Shown here piece after piece: positions 30,401-40,637 of a stretch of 64,000 bases of DNA. Under the pieces are notes generated by a model. It made no database searches. It saw only the letters and a list, made by a program, of their open reading frames with translations, and was not told the origin of the DNA. Each line of letters opens with the position of its first letter. Within the stretch, counting starts at the first letter, position 1. The translations under genes and the position numbers were made by a program. Source of the DNA: Candidatus Latescibacterota bacterium (GTDB lineage Bacteria; Latescibacterota; UBA2968); NCBI GenBank assembly GCA_965205975.1, contig OZ242195.1:2848001-2912000 (forward strand), read 5' to 3'.

Positions 30401-31026
30401 CATTTTTCCGGGGCGATAAAGTCAACGTGGGATTCAACGAATACATCGCCTCCTTCAATGAATTTATCCCGCTCGTTGGCCGCTCAACACTCGCCCTCCA
30501 GGTCTTTGGGGCCTATAAAGACGGCTATGTCAAAGAAGTACAACAAGAAGGCGGCACATTTGAAGGCGTATTCTATTATCCCCTGCGCTATTATCTCGGT
30601 GGTCTGGGCACCTTGCGCGGCTATCCATATTTCACGATCTCAGGTGGCAAAGCCCTCTTTGGCCGCACCACGCTGACCCTGCCCATCTTTAAGCACATCG
30701 GTGCGGAACTGCCGCCTCTCTTTTTTGACAAAATTTACGCCTCGCTCTTTTTTGAGTTTGGCGGCACATCCAATGCCGCCAGCATCGGCGATATTTTCGA
30801 CGTAAATGAAGAAGTACACAGTGGGCGATGGGACAAATTCAAAAACTCTTTCCTATTTGACTACGGCGCCGAAATCCGATTCCAGATATTTTCACATTAC
30901 CGCTTACCCATGTTCGGCTATTTCATCGTCGCCCGTCCCACCAAACTCGAAGTACCATCCCGCAATAACCCCGATATCCTCGAAGAGGTCAGTGGGACGC
31001 GATTCTATTTTGGCCTATCATTGTAA
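27451..31026 (+). CDS. Exported protein: zinc metallopeptidase, PD40/TolB propellers, probable C-terminal beta-barrel (Omp85-like)
   Basis: Signal peptide, VHELAH..FAEG, SPDGK/WLPDG repeats, LGGLGTLRGY, terminal RFYFGLSL. Confidence 0.8.
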   Translation: MKVLKILTMLCLTGLISHTALAQPPSLGPAKAIGVDLANTPLNRPSPDQKSYTYWKPETVDGFFPSLLGLRTAGARMIRTRYFNIYFSTAEKTARQIADFCDEVLSNLMRHYPTFVDRIAPIHVVVDDQADYLGNAFAVYSANYIHFWTNPIDWEIRGTSDWVRNVFVHELAHIVTLKAAYKGLPFQIGIVNASRANENPDFSFTLGLYHLAMNSGFAEGISQYEATEYGDDHWDTHRDMLLRMAALENDLLSLSSMGQLGGKGNFHGEMVYNQGYAILNYIGERFSPAVVRQIFEHRPIINFNSSLKKATGVSAKQLYRDWKTHIGEQYGAVQSGIQEAGEREGELIVDRGGLDYHPVYSPQGDKLGFISNDDSDYFITELKVMDLATKKVKKIADRVDNRFVWTASGDSLMYIKAVGARWDIFTYNLKTKKETRVTVGLRGKDPTLSPDGKQIAFVTMRDGTANIGLVNTDGTDVRYLTHNNDATQYFGPKWSPDGKHLLFSVFRTGEDRDIAIIDVDATTWEKKKGRRSLKKEEVDTQLDSLQQAKADSLKAFPDSLAYANNANFKAIVHSTADERDPVWLPDGSGFVFSSDRTGIFNLYTHDMATGEQKQLTNVVGGAFLPTISPDAKDVIYAGYHAANYNLYRIPLSEAVAVDPPEGVERDYAEIYNGKSITELHDIGRYSTRLVSYGITPIALLGPTFIGNRFGLDQLSAGVQWAWGDLLGSDVFVTTALIGKNFRRQQDFNSEFAFYYQNSLTPILSEQSTYVPRIFFGGSRQTINSIVDLGTVQTVRDTLSGTLITQNDEGQQVLIPNVTQHLDLTVTEEDDFKDVFSDFTVGAEMGVGRGHYFSLAYGYRKYSENLHAVQVLHDSSRVFQTDLGTGEVEDITDQIPGPGYASQETLLDDFLYKELDFFKSNEWMGGWSYITLKPATDLYINPSGGRALSFRYRRINATVIDSLARTPDLDEDFTPDPIGEDLSPAFFRGDKVNVGFNEYIASFNEFIPLVGRSTLALQVFGAYKDGYVKEVQQEGGTFEGVFYYPLRYYLGGLGTLRGYPYFTISGGKALFGRTTLTLPIFKHIGAELPPLFFDKIYASLFFEFGGTSNAASIGDIFDVNEEVHSGRWDKFKNSFLFDYGAEIRFQIFSHYRLPMFGYFIVARPTKLEVPSRNNPDILEEVSGTRFYFGLSL

Positions 31027-31044
31027 AGCCATCTCTCGCAATCC

Positions 31045-31079
31045 AGTGCTCCGCCTTATAACACAGGCGGAGCACTTTT
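31045..31079 (+). terminator. Rho-independent terminator
   Basis: agtgctccgcct-N8-aggcggagcact-ttt. Confidence 0.75.
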
Positions 31080-31095
31080 CGCTGTTTTAACGCTT

Positions 31096-31962
31096 ATGTC
31101 TCCACTCATCCACGCGGTGCGTCCACGCGAATGGGTCAAAAATGTCTTTGTATTGGCCGCTCTTGTTTTTACCAAACGCATTTTTGACCCCGACGACCTC
31201 CTGCAAGGCATCCTGGCCCTGGTCTGTTTTTGCCTCATCTCTGGCGCAACGTACCTTTTCAACGACATCCGAGACAGAGAAAACGACCGCCAGCATCCTC
31301 TGAAACGCCATCGCCCGATCGCCTCGGGTGCGTTGCGTATCTCCGTTGCCGCCATCGCCGCTATCCTCTTTGCCCTGATCGCCCTGATCGGGGGATTTTA
31401 TGTACATCCCCATTTTGGTATCGTCATCCTGATCTATGCAGTACTGAACATCGCCTATACGCTGTACCTCAAACACATCGTCATCCTCGATGTTATGATC
31501 ATTGCCGCGGGATTTCTTCTGCGCGCCATCGGCGGTGCAGTGGCGATTCAGGTCGCCATTTCCTCCTGGTTCATCCTCTGTACCATGCTGCTGGCACTAT
31601 TTCTCGGCTTTGCCAAGCGCCGGCATGAACTCGCCCTGCTCGAAGGAGATGCCAGCATCCACCGCCGCATCCTCGCAGAATATTCTCCACAATTTCTCGA
31701 CCAGATGATCGCCATCGTCACAGCCAGCGCACTGGTATCCTATGCGCTTTACACCATGTCGTCCGAAGTTATTGAAAAACTCGGCACCAAATATCTCAAT
31801 CTCACCATCCCCTTTGTAATTTACGGTATGTTGCGCTACCTCTATCTCATCTACAAAAAAGATGGGGGCGGCAATCCCACCTCCACCGTATTGGGTGATC
31901 TCCCTCTTCTGATCGCCTGCGCCCTGTGGTTGCTAACCCTGAGTTTAATACTCTACGTTTGA
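31096..31962 (+). CDS. UbiA-family prenyltransferase (decaprenyl-phosphate phosphoribosyltransferase-like)
   Basis: RPREWVKN, NDIRDRENDRQHPLK..RPIASG, KRRHEL. Confidence 0.9.
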   Translation: MSPLIHAVRPREWVKNVFVLAALVFTKRIFDPDDLLQGILALVCFCLISGATYLFNDIRDRENDRQHPLKRHRPIASGALRISVAAIAAILFALIALIGGFYVHPHFGIVILIYAVLNIAYTLYLKHIVILDVMIIAAGFLLRAIGGAVAIQVAISSWFILCTMLLALFLGFAKRRHELALLEGDASIHRRILAEYSPQFLDQMIAIVTASALVSYALYTMSSEVIEKLGTKYLNLTIPFVIYGMLRYLYLIYKKDGGGNPTSTVLGDLPLLIACALWLLTLSLILYV

Positions 31963-31963
31963 C

Positions 31964-31983
31964 GGGCGAAAAATTTTTCGCCC
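31964..31983. repeat. REP-like perfect palindrome
   Basis: gggcgaaaaatttttcgccc. Confidence 0.7.
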
Positions 31984-32085
31984 CTATCATTTTTTACCCC
32001 TGCACGCGGGCATTGTGAAAAGACCTGGTATTTTGTATTTTCAACCCCTAATCCTTTTTAACCCCCTCACATAAGGAGTTTCCGA

Positions 32086-33654
32086 ATGGCAGAGCGACCA
32101 AATATTTTGCTGATTATGAACGACGATATGGGCTATTCTGATCTTGGATGTTACGGCGGTGAGATCCACACGCCAAATTTAGATCGACTTGCTGCCAATG
32201 GGTTGCGACTCACTCAATTTTACAACACGGCGCGGTGCTGCCCCACGCGGGCATCGCTGCTTACGGGATTGCATCCCCATCAAGCCAGCGTAGGGCACAT
32301 GATGGATGACCGGGAATACGAAGGGTATCGGGGCGACCTGAACTTTAAGAGCGTAACCATTGCCGAAGTACTCAAAACCGTGGGGTATGCGACCTATATG
32401 AGTGGCAAATGGCATATCACGCGGCATACAGATGCGGACGGTCCCAAACACAGTTGGCCCTGTCAGCGCGGATTTGATCGCTTTTTCGGCATCATTACCG
32501 GTGCCGCCAATTATTGGAAGCCGCAAACACTCACGCGGGACAACGAGCAAATTACAGTGGATGAATTTCCAGAAGATTTCTTTTTGACCGACGCCATCAG
32601 CGATCAGGCGGCGGATTATATCCGCGAACACGCGCAGACAAACGGAGATCAGCCATTCTTCTTATACACCGCATATACCGCACCCCATTGGCCCCTGCAC
32701 GCGCACGAGGAAGATATTGCAAAATACAAAGACCGTTTTGCCGCCGGATGGGATCAACTGCGCGAAGAGCGTTTGGCGCGCATGCGCGAAATGGGCATCT
32801 TGAAACCCGAATGGGGACTGAGCGACCGCGATCCTTCTCAAGTGCCCTGGGAAGAAGCCGATCACAAGGCGTGGCAGCAACGGCGCATGGAAGTCTATGC
32901 CGCACAAGTCGATCGCATGGATCAGGGCATTGGGCGCATTGTCCAATCCCTCGAAGAGACCGGACAACTGGACAACACCCTGATCGTATTTCTGGCCGAC
33001 AATGGGGGATGCGCCGAAGAGCTGGGAGGCGGCATGCGACGCAGCGCGATTGCGCCAGCCACCACGCGCGATGGTCGCCCAGTCCAACGCGGCAACGATC
33101 CAAACATCATGCCGGGTGACGAAACCACGTACCAGAGCTACGGCGTACCCTGGGCTAACGTATCCAACACCCCATTTCGCCTGTACAAGCACTGGGTTCA
33201 CGAAGGCGGCATTGCAACGCCCTTTATCGTACATTGGCCTGCTCATGTAACAGATCACGGCACATTGCGCGAGCAACCCGGCCAGCTCACCGATGTCATG
33301 GCAACCTGCCTTGATATAGCGGGTGCCGAGTATCCCGAGACCTATAATGGACACGAAATTTTACCACTCGAAGGCACCTCGCTAACGCCGATCTTTGACA
33401 ACCAGGACAACGGCAAAGAATATCTAATCTGGGAACACGAAGGCAATGGCGCAGTTCGCAAAGGCAAGTGGAAACTGGTCAAGCGCTACCCGGGCGATTG
33501 GGAGCTATACGATATTGAAGCCGACAGATCGGAACTCGACGATCTGGCAAATGAAAAAACCGATGTCTTATCCGAACTCGCGGCAATTTACGACACATGG
33601 GCAGAGCGTTGTGGGATAGAACCCTGGGACAATATCCTCGCAAAGCGCGGGTAA
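32086..33654 (+). CDS. Arylsulfatase (Cys-type)
   Basis: NDDMGY, CCPTRASLLTG, GKWH, EGGI. Confidence 0.95.
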   Translation: MAERPNILLIMNDDMGYSDLGCYGGEIHTPNLDRLAANGLRLTQFYNTARCCPTRASLLTGLHPHQASVGHMMDDREYEGYRGDLNFKSVTIAEVLKTVGYATYMSGKWHITRHTDADGPKHSWPCQRGFDRFFGIITGAANYWKPQTLTRDNEQITVDEFPEDFFLTDAISDQAADYIREHAQTNGDQPFFLYTAYTAPHWPLHAHEEDIAKYKDRFAAGWDQLREERLARMREMGILKPEWGLSDRDPSQVPWEEADHKAWQQRRMEVYAAQVDRMDQGIGRIVQSLEETGQLDNTLIVFLADNGGCAEELGGGMRRSAIAPATTRDGRPVQRGNDPNIMPGDETTYQSYGVPWANVSNTPFRLYKHWVHEGGIATPFIVHWPAHVTDHGTLREQPGQLTDVMATCLDIAGAEYPETYNGHEILPLEGTSLTPIFDNQDNGKEYLIWEHEGNGAVRKGKWKLVKRYPGDWELYDIEADRSELDDLANEKTDVLSELAAIYDTWAERCGIEPWDNILAKRG

Positions 33655-33671
33655 GCAAAAAGGAAAAAACC

Positions 33672-34427
33672 ATGACACCGACAGATATCACAGATGAAAT
33701 GCTGGCAACATACCGACGCAATGGCGTCATAAAAATCCCGCAAATTATATCGCCGGATGAAGTGACGAAATTTCGTCAGGCATCCCTGGATATTCTCGAA
33801 GCCATGCCAAAGGATCCAAACCGGCCATTCAATCAAAAAGTGAATGTATGGCGAGAAGACGAAGTATTGCGAAACTTGACGCAACACCCGAATGTCGCTG
33901 CAGTCGCAGAGAAAATTTCGGGTGTGCGATTGCGGATCTGGCACGATCACATCCTGGCAAAAATGCCAGAGCTCGAAGTGCCGACAGCATTCCATCAAGA
34001 CCTGGTGAAATGGCCCTATGATCGCAATTCCAATGCCCTATCTGCGTGGGTCGCGCTACAGGATACACCCGTAGAAATGGGATGCATGTCATTCGTGCAG
34101 GGATCGCACGAAATGAAAAACGTGCCTGACATGGCGACAAATAACCAGGAGGGATGGCGGGAATTCGCACCGGAAATCGCGTGGCGTACCAGGGTGACGC
34201 ATCCGCTTCAAGCGGGAGATTGTACATTTCACCACGGAATGACATTTCACACCGCGGGACCAAATCAAACCGATGATTGGCGGGTCGGATACGTGATTAT
34301 TTTTGTCGATGCAGCAGCAAAATACACCGGCAAAAAACATGTCGTCACAGATCCCCTGGAATTGACACCCGATACATTGCCTCCAGATGATCATTTTCCA
34401 CCCGTAGTAAAATTTTATGGAGACTAA
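33672..34427 (+). CDS. PhyH-family Fe(II)/2OG dioxygenase
   Basis: FHQD...FHHGMTFH. Confidence 0.9.
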   Translation: MTPTDITDEMLATYRRNGVIKIPQIISPDEVTKFRQASLDILEAMPKDPNRPFNQKVNVWREDEVLRNLTQHPNVAAVAEKISGVRLRIWHDHILAKMPELEVPTAFHQDLVKWPYDRNSNALSAWVALQDTPVEMGCMSFVQGSHEMKNVPDMATNNQEGWREFAPEIAWRTRVTHPLQAGDCTFHHGMTFHTAGPNQTDDWRVGYVIIFVDAAAKYTGKKHVVTDPLELTPDTLPPDDHFPPVVKFYGD

Positions 34428-34430
34428 AAA

Positions 34431-35852
34431 ATGAGCACCCCCAACATAATTTTAATGATGTGTGACGACCTGGGATATGGCGACGTGGGATTTAACGGGA
34501 ACGAAGTGATCAAAACCCCGAATTTAGACCGCCTGGCGAGCAATGGAATCCGATTCACGCGATTTTATGCGGGAGGACCAGTGTGTTCCCCAACGCGGGG
34601 AACGTGTTTAACCGGACGACATTATTTTCGATATGGCGTAACACATGCCAATCGCGGACACTTACCCGCACAGGAAATAACACTGGCGCGAATGTCGAAA
34701 TCCTTCGGCTATACAACCGGACACTTTGGCAAATGGCATCTGGGAACGCTGGACCCGAATTATTCGGGCAAATCCAATCGCAATCCAGCGCGCAATTACG
34801 CCCCACCGTGGGAGCGGGATTACGATGAGACATTTGCCACAGAGTACGCGGTTCCCACCTGGGATCCAACAGTAGATATTAACAATAGAACCGGAGAACG
34901 ACTGGATCGCCCCTGGGCATCTCCGTATTACGAAAATGGAAAACTGGCAACGGAAAATCTGGAAGGATGTGACTCCCGAGTCTTGATGGATCGCGCAATT
35001 CCATTTATCGAACAAGCTGTTGAAAATGGCGAGCAATTCCTTACGACAATCTGGTTTCACGCGCCCCATAGCCCGGTCGTTGCCGGGCCGGAATATCGCG
35101 CTATGTATTCCGAATACAGCGAAGATGAACAGCACTATTACGGCTGTATTACAGCGATAGACGATCAGGTGGGGCGGTTGTATCACGCATTGGAAGCCTG
35201 GGGCGTAGCCGACAACACCATGATCTGGTTCTGTTCGGACAACGGTCCAGAAGGCCGCACAGGTCAAAGTGGCCGTCACCGGGGATCAACAGGCGGTTTA
35301 CGCGGGCGCAAACGGTCTCTATTTGACGGCGGCGTGGGCGTACCCGCGCTATTACACTGGCCGGGCCATGCAGAACCCGGGCGCACAGTAGAAATGCCGT
35401 GCAGCACACTGGATTACTTCCCCACAATTGCCGAGGTCATGGGATATGAAATGCCCGATAATCGCCCCATTGACGGCATCAGCCTCCTGCCCGTAATTGA
35501 AGGAAACATGACAGAACGCCCCACTCCCATTCCGTATCGGTTCAACAGTGGCAAAAACTCGATGTTTGACGCCCCGACCATCTCAATGATCGACAACCGT
35601 TATAAATGCTTGACCAATCTATCGAGCGATGGCAGCGAAGATTTGTGTTTTGACATGATTGAAGACCGCGCAGAAACGACCAATTTGGCGAACGAGCAAC
35701 GCGAACGGATGGGGCAAACCCGCGAGACCCTGCGCCAATGGCTCCGATCATGCGAAGCCAGTCACAACGGCGGGGATTACGACGAGGTATTTGAACCCGT
35801 CGCGCCATTTGAAGAAATCACCGGAGATTGGCCTGGTAGAAATAGAAATTAG
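34431..35852 (+). CDS. Sulfatase (Cys-type)
   Basis: CDDLGYGD, CSPTRG, GKWHLG, SDNG. Confidence 0.95.
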   Translation: MSTPNIILMMCDDLGYGDVGFNGNEVIKTPNLDRLASNGIRFTRFYAGGPVCSPTRGTCLTGRHYFRYGVTHANRGHLPAQEITLARMSKSFGYTTGHFGKWHLGTLDPNYSGKSNRNPARNYAPPWERDYDETFATEYAVPTWDPTVDINNRTGERLDRPWASPYYENGKLATENLEGCDSRVLMDRAIPFIEQAVENGEQFLTTIWFHAPHSPVVAGPEYRAMYSEYSEDEQHYYGCITAIDDQVGRLYHALEAWGVADNTMIWFCSDNGPEGRTGQSGRHRGSTGGLRGRKRSLFDGGVGVPALLHWPGHAEPGRTVEMPCSTLDYFPTIAEVMGYEMPDNRPIDGISLLPVIEGNMTERPTPIPYRFNSGKNSMFDAPTISMIDNRYKCLTNLSSDGSEDLCFDMIEDRAETTNLANEQRERMGQTRETLRQWLRSCEASHNGGDYDEVFEPVAPFEEITGDWPGRNRN

Positions 35853-35861
35853 AGGTACAGA

Positions 35862-37100
35862 ATGGCAACTCGATTTGGCGATGAACGCGATTGGTTTTTG
35901 GAAAAGCGATTTGGGATGTTCGTTCACTGGGGAATTTACGCAATCCCCGGATGGCACGAACAACACCAGTGGCGCGGACGCATGCCCGCAAATGAATACG
36001 TGAAATTAGCCGAGCAGTGGAATCCCACAAACTTCAATCCCGACGCGTGGTTAGATCTCGCAGAAGAAGCCGGGATGCAATACATCATCGCGACAACCAA
36101 ACACCACGATGGATTCTGCTTGTGGGATACATCACATACGGCATTCAACACCATGAATACGCCGTACGGCAAAGACCTGATGGCAATGCTCGCCGATGCG
36201 TGTCACAAACGCAACTTCCCCCTGGGCTTTTATTATTCAATTGCCGACTGGCACCACCCCAATTACCCCAATCAGGGACGACATCACGAACTGCCCCAAC
36301 CCAAGCCTGGAGATAATCCCGACTTGATGAAATACCTCGATTTTCTAAAGGCGCAGGTATGGGAATTGTGTACCCATTACGGAAAACTACACGCATTCTG
36401 GTGGGACATGAATGTAGATGAACACTTCGACCCATCCATCAACGCGATGATTCGGTCGCTGCAACCCGCGGCAGTAATCAACAATCGGGGATTTGATCCG
36501 GGTGATTTTGGAACACCCGAACGCGATCATGTGCAAGGCATAGATACCCAACAGTCATTTGAACGACTGACCGAAGCGTGTCAGTCCGTGGGAATCGAAA
36601 GCTGGGGCTATCGGATAGATGAGGATTATTATACGGATCGCCATTTGATACGGAGCATTGACCGGTATCTCGCGCGCGACGCAAACTATTTGCTCAACGT
36701 AGGCCCCAAACCCGACGGCACAATTCCAGACGCATCCGAACGCATCTTGAAACGCATAGGAAAATGGTATCGCGCAGTAGAAGAAGCGGTCAAAGACGTA
36801 GAACCCGCGTCGCACCTGACGCGCAACCGCGATATACTATTGACGCGCCGGGACAATGTGATCTACGTACATCTGGTAAACGATCCGCGAACAAGCGGCG
36901 TAAAACTCGATCCCATTGCCGTCGCACCAAAAAGTGCCACATTACTAAACACAGGTGAAACCGTAGATTTTACCGTGGACCTGGTACCGACCAATCACAT
37001 AGAACACAAACCCTATTTGCGGTTGCAAAACCTGCTAGTAAACGAACTGGTCAATACCGTGATGGTAGTAAAACTTGAATTTGATATAGTGCCTGAGTAG
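35862..37100 (+). CDS. Alpha-L-fucosidase (GH29)
   Basis: FGMFVHWG, TKHHDGFCLW, WWD, INNR, LLNVGP. Confidence 0.92.
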   Translation: MATRFGDERDWFLEKRFGMFVHWGIYAIPGWHEQHQWRGRMPANEYVKLAEQWNPTNFNPDAWLDLAEEAGMQYIIATTKHHDGFCLWDTSHTAFNTMNTPYGKDLMAMLADACHKRNFPLGFYYSIADWHHPNYPNQGRHHELPQPKPGDNPDLMKYLDFLKAQVWELCTHYGKLHAFWWDMNVDEHFDPSINAMIRSLQPAAVINNRGFDPGDFGTPERDHVQGIDTQQSFERLTEACQSVGIESWGYRIDEDYYTDRHLIRSIDRYLARDANYLLNVGPKPDGTIPDASERILKRIGKWYRAVEEAVKDVEPASHLTRNRDILLTRRDNVIYVHLVNDPRTSGVKLDPIAVAPKSATLLNTGETVDFTVDLVPTNHIEHKPYLRLQNLLVNELVNTVMVVKLEFDIVPE

Positions 37101-37370
37101 AGTGCAAGTCGGGATGACTTAGGTTTATTGTGGGCGGGCAATGAGAGCCGATTCCAGTTCTCTTTCGCTGTGTTCATCTTTGTGCAACCAGCGGTTGCAC
37201 TTTTGGCAGATCGCGGTAGATCAGGTAAAATTCTCGCTCCAGCGGGTCCTTGCAGCACCCTATTATGACCAGATTTTTAGCCCAACTAATTTCTCCAACC
37301 AGTGGTTGGAGCATTACATTCGTATATCAACGTCTATGAATGGTAACGCGATTGATTTTTGGAGAAAATC

Positions 37371-38096
37371 ATGTTTGGAGAAATCCGAAATAAAAACGGT
37401 GAAAAACTCGACTATGCTTTTCATATAGGAAATGCCGAAAGCAAACACATCGTAGTCCTGGGTCATGGCGTAACCGGCAACAAAGACAGACCATTTTTGG
37501 TCGCACTGGCGCAGGCACTGGAAGCCGAAGGATTCAACGTCCTGCGTTTCTCTTTTGCCGGTAATGGAGACTCAGAAGGACGCTTTCAGGACGCAACCAT
37601 AACAAAAGAAGTAGATGATCTGGGTTCCATCCTGGACGCTCTGGACGGATATACAATCTGTTATGCCGGGCACAGCATGGGAGGTGCCGTAGGTGTATTG
37701 CGGGCGAGCACAGATACGCGCATTCAACATCTCATCTCGCTGGCGGGCATGGTAGATACAAAGGGATTTGCACAGCGCGAATTTGGAGATGTCACCCCCG
37801 ATGAAGGCAACATGTGGGACGACCCGGATTGCCCGCTATCCAGCGCATATATGGACGACCTGACAGCGATTGACACCGTCGTAGATCGCGCGTCTCAAAT
37901 CTCGATCCCGTGGTTGCTCGTACACGGCACAGAAGACGATGTGGTGCCCATTGAAGATTCTCAGGCAATCTTTGAGCGAGCCAACGAACCAAAAGAACTG
38001 GTAGTACTACCCGGTGCAGATCACGTATTCAGCGATGATGCAACACCCGCCATGATACAGGCCGTTATCAATTGGATTGCGAAACAGGAGAGCTAA
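37371..38096 (+). CDS. Alpha/beta hydrolase
   Basis: GHSMGG, HGTEDDVV, ADH. Confidence 0.9.
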   Translation: MFGEIRNKNGEKLDYAFHIGNAESKHIVVLGHGVTGNKDRPFLVALAQALEAEGFNVLRFSFAGNGDSEGRFQDATITKEVDDLGSILDALDGYTICYAGHSMGGAVGVLRASTDTRIQHLISLAGMVDTKGFAQREFGDVTPDEGNMWDDPDCPLSSAYMDDLTAIDTVVDRASQISIPWLLVHGTEDDVVPIEDSQAIFERANEPKELVVLPGADHVFSDDATPAMIQAVINWIAKQES

Positions 38097-39133
38097 TGTC
38101 TTCTAAAACATACCGAGCCGCGGTAATCGGCCTGGGAATGATCGGCGGAGCAGATCAAGTCTCAGGAGATGTATTGGGTCAGCGCGTGGACAGTATGGAC
38201 GGCACGCATACTTTTGCGTATCAAAACCATCCGCGCATCGACCTCGTGGCCGGATCAAGCCGCGACCAGGGGCGACGCGAGCGCTATGAAGCGCGCACGG
38301 GTGCTATAACATATGAAAATTGGCGTGAAATGATCGCCAACGAAACACTCGATATTGTCAGCATAGCGACCTACACCCCTACCCACGCGGAAATTGCCAT
38401 AGCCTGTGCCGAACGCGGCATTCCCGTCATCTACTGCGAAAAACCCGCGGCGACGACCGTAATAGACGCCCAGCGCATGCTCGAAGCGCAAAAAGGCGGA
38501 TTACTGGTTTTCAACCATCAGCGCAGATTTGATCCCAATTACCGTCGACTCAGCGCACTAATTGCCGAAGGAAAACTGGGCACACTTATTTCCGCTTCTC
38601 TCCAATGGCCCACGGGACGATTGGGCAATGTGGGGACCCATGTAATTGACGCGCTCTTAATGCTCACCGGGCATCGCATTCAATCGGTCTCCGCGATCCT
38701 TGACCTGGCGGGAAAGCCAGATTGTCGCGGCGATGAATTTCGCGATCCAGGAGGGTGGGGTGTCATGCGTATGAACGATGGACTAATGGTCACAGTGAGC
38801 GCACCCGATTATTCCACCGCACCGCCGCGCACGGAAATTAACGGACATAAGGGACGGGCAATTATTGAGGCAAAAGGCATCACACTCGAATACTGGACTG
38901 GTGAGACAGAACAATGGCCGCCCCATGAGGATAGCGATTCGGGAATGGACCGCGCCGTATCGGAAATCGTCGCCTATCTGGATGATCGCGTCCCATTCTC
39001 TTATAACCCCGAAGAAGCCGTTCACACACTCGAAGCCATTGTCGCTTTCCACGCCTCTCACAAACAAAACGCAGCCTATGTTGATCTTCCCCTGTCAGGA
39101 AGTGACCGCGAGATAGTTGTGTTAAGTGGATAG
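38096..39133 (+). CDS. Gfo/Idh/MocA oxidoreductase
   Basis: IGLGMIG, CEKP, NHQRRF, GTHVID. Confidence 0.9.
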   Translation: MSSKTYRAAVIGLGMIGGADQVSGDVLGQRVDSMDGTHTFAYQNHPRIDLVAGSSRDQGRRERYEARTGAITYENWREMIANETLDIVSIATYTPTHAEIAIACAERGIPVIYCEKPAATTVIDAQRMLEAQKGGLLVFNHQRRFDPNYRRLSALIAEGKLGTLISASLQWPTGRLGNVGTHVIDALLMLTGHRIQSVSAILDLAGKPDCRGDEFRDPGGWGVMRMNDGLMVTVSAPDYSTAPPRTEINGHKGRAIIEAKGITLEYWTGETEQWPPHEDSDSGMDRAVSEIVAYLDDRVPFSYNPEEAVHTLEAIVAFHASHKQNAAYVDLPLSGSDREIVVLSG

Positions 39134-39194
39134 CGATGGCTTTCTTATGAATATTAGACAGTAGGGGGCACATCAAGAATGAAACGGAGGTACC

Positions 39195-39389
39195 ATGAAA
39201 TTTACACGTATCACAATTGATCCCAACGTATTTGGCGGTAAGCCTTGTATTCGAGGGATGCGCTTTCCCGTGTCGCGTCTTTTGGGACTTCTGGCATCTC
39301 ACGAAACCGAAGAAACCATACTCAAGGCATATCCCTATTTAGAGGCAGAGGACATCCAAGAGGCATTGCAATATGCAGCTTTTAAATAA
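39195..39389 (+). CDS. DUF433 family (antitoxin-like) protein
   Basis: IDPNVFGGKPCIRGMRFPV..YPYL..EDI..AL.YA. Confidence 0.9.
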   Translation: MKFTRITIDPNVFGGKPCIRGMRFPVSRLLGLLASHETEETILKAYPYLEAEDIQEALQYAAFK

Positions 39390-39402
39390 ATGAAAGGAAT
39401 AT

Positions 39403-40584
39403 ATGCCAATCATTGGAACACCGCTTTCACCCACCGCAACCAGAGTTATGATGTGTGGCTCTGGCGAATTGGGAAAAGAAGTTGTCATTGAACTCCAGCG
39501 CTATGGCGTTGAAGTAATTGCCGTAGATCGCTATGCCAATGCGCCCGCGATGCAAGTAGCACATCGGTCGCATGTCATTACCATGCTGGATGGAGCTGCC
39601 CTGCGCGAAGTCATAAAAAAAGAACAACCCGACTTAATCGTGCCCGAAATTGAAGCAATCGCCACAGATACACTCGTCGAATTGGAAAAAGAAGGATTCA
39701 CAGTAATCCCAACAGCCCGAGCAACTCGCCTGACAATGAACCGCGAGGGCATCCGTCGGTTAGCCTCCGAAGAACTGGGACTAAAGACCTCGCCCTATCG
39801 GTTTGCGTCGAATTTAGAAGAATACCGCGCAGCAGTTCGTGAAATCGGCGTACCGTGCGTCATAAAACCAATCATGAGTTCATCGGGCAAAGGACAAAGC
39901 ACCGTAAAAAACATGGCCGACGCCGAAAAATCGTGGACCTATGCACAGGAAGGGGCGCGCGGAGGCGCAGATGCGGTCATTGTAGAAGGCTTTGTGGATT
40001 TCGATTATGAAATTACGCTATTAACCCTGCGCTATGAAGGAGGCACGAGTTTTTGCGCGCCAATAGGACATCGACAGGTAGATGGCGACTATCACGAATC
40101 GTGGCAACTACAGCCAATGAGCGAAGCTGCTCTTGCAGAATCACAACGGATGGGCAAGGCCATCACCGACGCACTGGGCGGCCGCGGCATATTTGGAGTA
40201 GAGCTATTTGTGAAAGGCGATGACATCTACTTCAGCGAAGTATCACCCCGCCCACACGACACAGGCATGGTAACCATGATCTCGCAAGACCTCTCTGAAT
40301 TTGCCCTGCATGCGCGGGCAATCCTGGGATTGCCAATACCAAACATCAAACACCACGGCCCATCTGCTTCGCATGTAATTCTGGTAGAAGGGCATTCGCA
40401 ACAGGTACAATTCGGCAACCTGAGCGCAGCACTCGCCGAACCCGATACAGAAATCCGCTTATTTGGCAAACCCGAAGTACAGGGAGAACGGCGAATGGGA
40501 GTCGTCCTCGCGAGAGGCGCAACACTGAAGGAAGCGCGCGAAAAGGCAAAAGCGGGAGCAAAGGCGGTCAGTATCGCACTGTGA
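39403..40584 (+). CDS. purT: Formate-dependent GAR transformylase
   Basis: [41 protein letters not shown]. Confidence 0.97.
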   Translation: MPIIGTPLSPTATRVMMCGSGELGKEVVIELQRYGVEVIAVDRYANAPAMQVAHRSHVITMLDGAALREVIKKEQPDLIVPEIEAIATDTLVELEKEGFTVIPTARATRLTMNREGIRRLASEELGLKTSPYRFASNLEEYRAAVREIGVPCVIKPIMSSSGKGQSTVKNMADAEKSWTYAQEGARGGADAVIVEGFVDFDYEITLLTLRYEGGTSFCAPIGHRQVDGDYHESWQLQPMSEAALAESQRMGKAITDALGGRGIFGVELFVKGDDIYFSEVSPRPHDTGMVTMISQDLSEFALHARAILGLPIPNIKHHGPSASHVILVEGHSQQVQFGNLSAALAEPDTEIRLFGKPEVQGERRMGVVLARGATLKEAREKAKAGAKAVSIAL

Positions 40585-40603
40585 GAAAACTCTTATAATG
40601 TGT

Positions 40604-40635
40604 AAAACAGCCGGGCTTATTGCGCGGCAGTTTTT
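40604..40635. terminator. Probable bidirectional terminator between convergent genes
   Basis: aaaacagccg...cggcagttttt imperfect stem. Confidence 0.45.
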
Positions 40636-40637
40636 AT

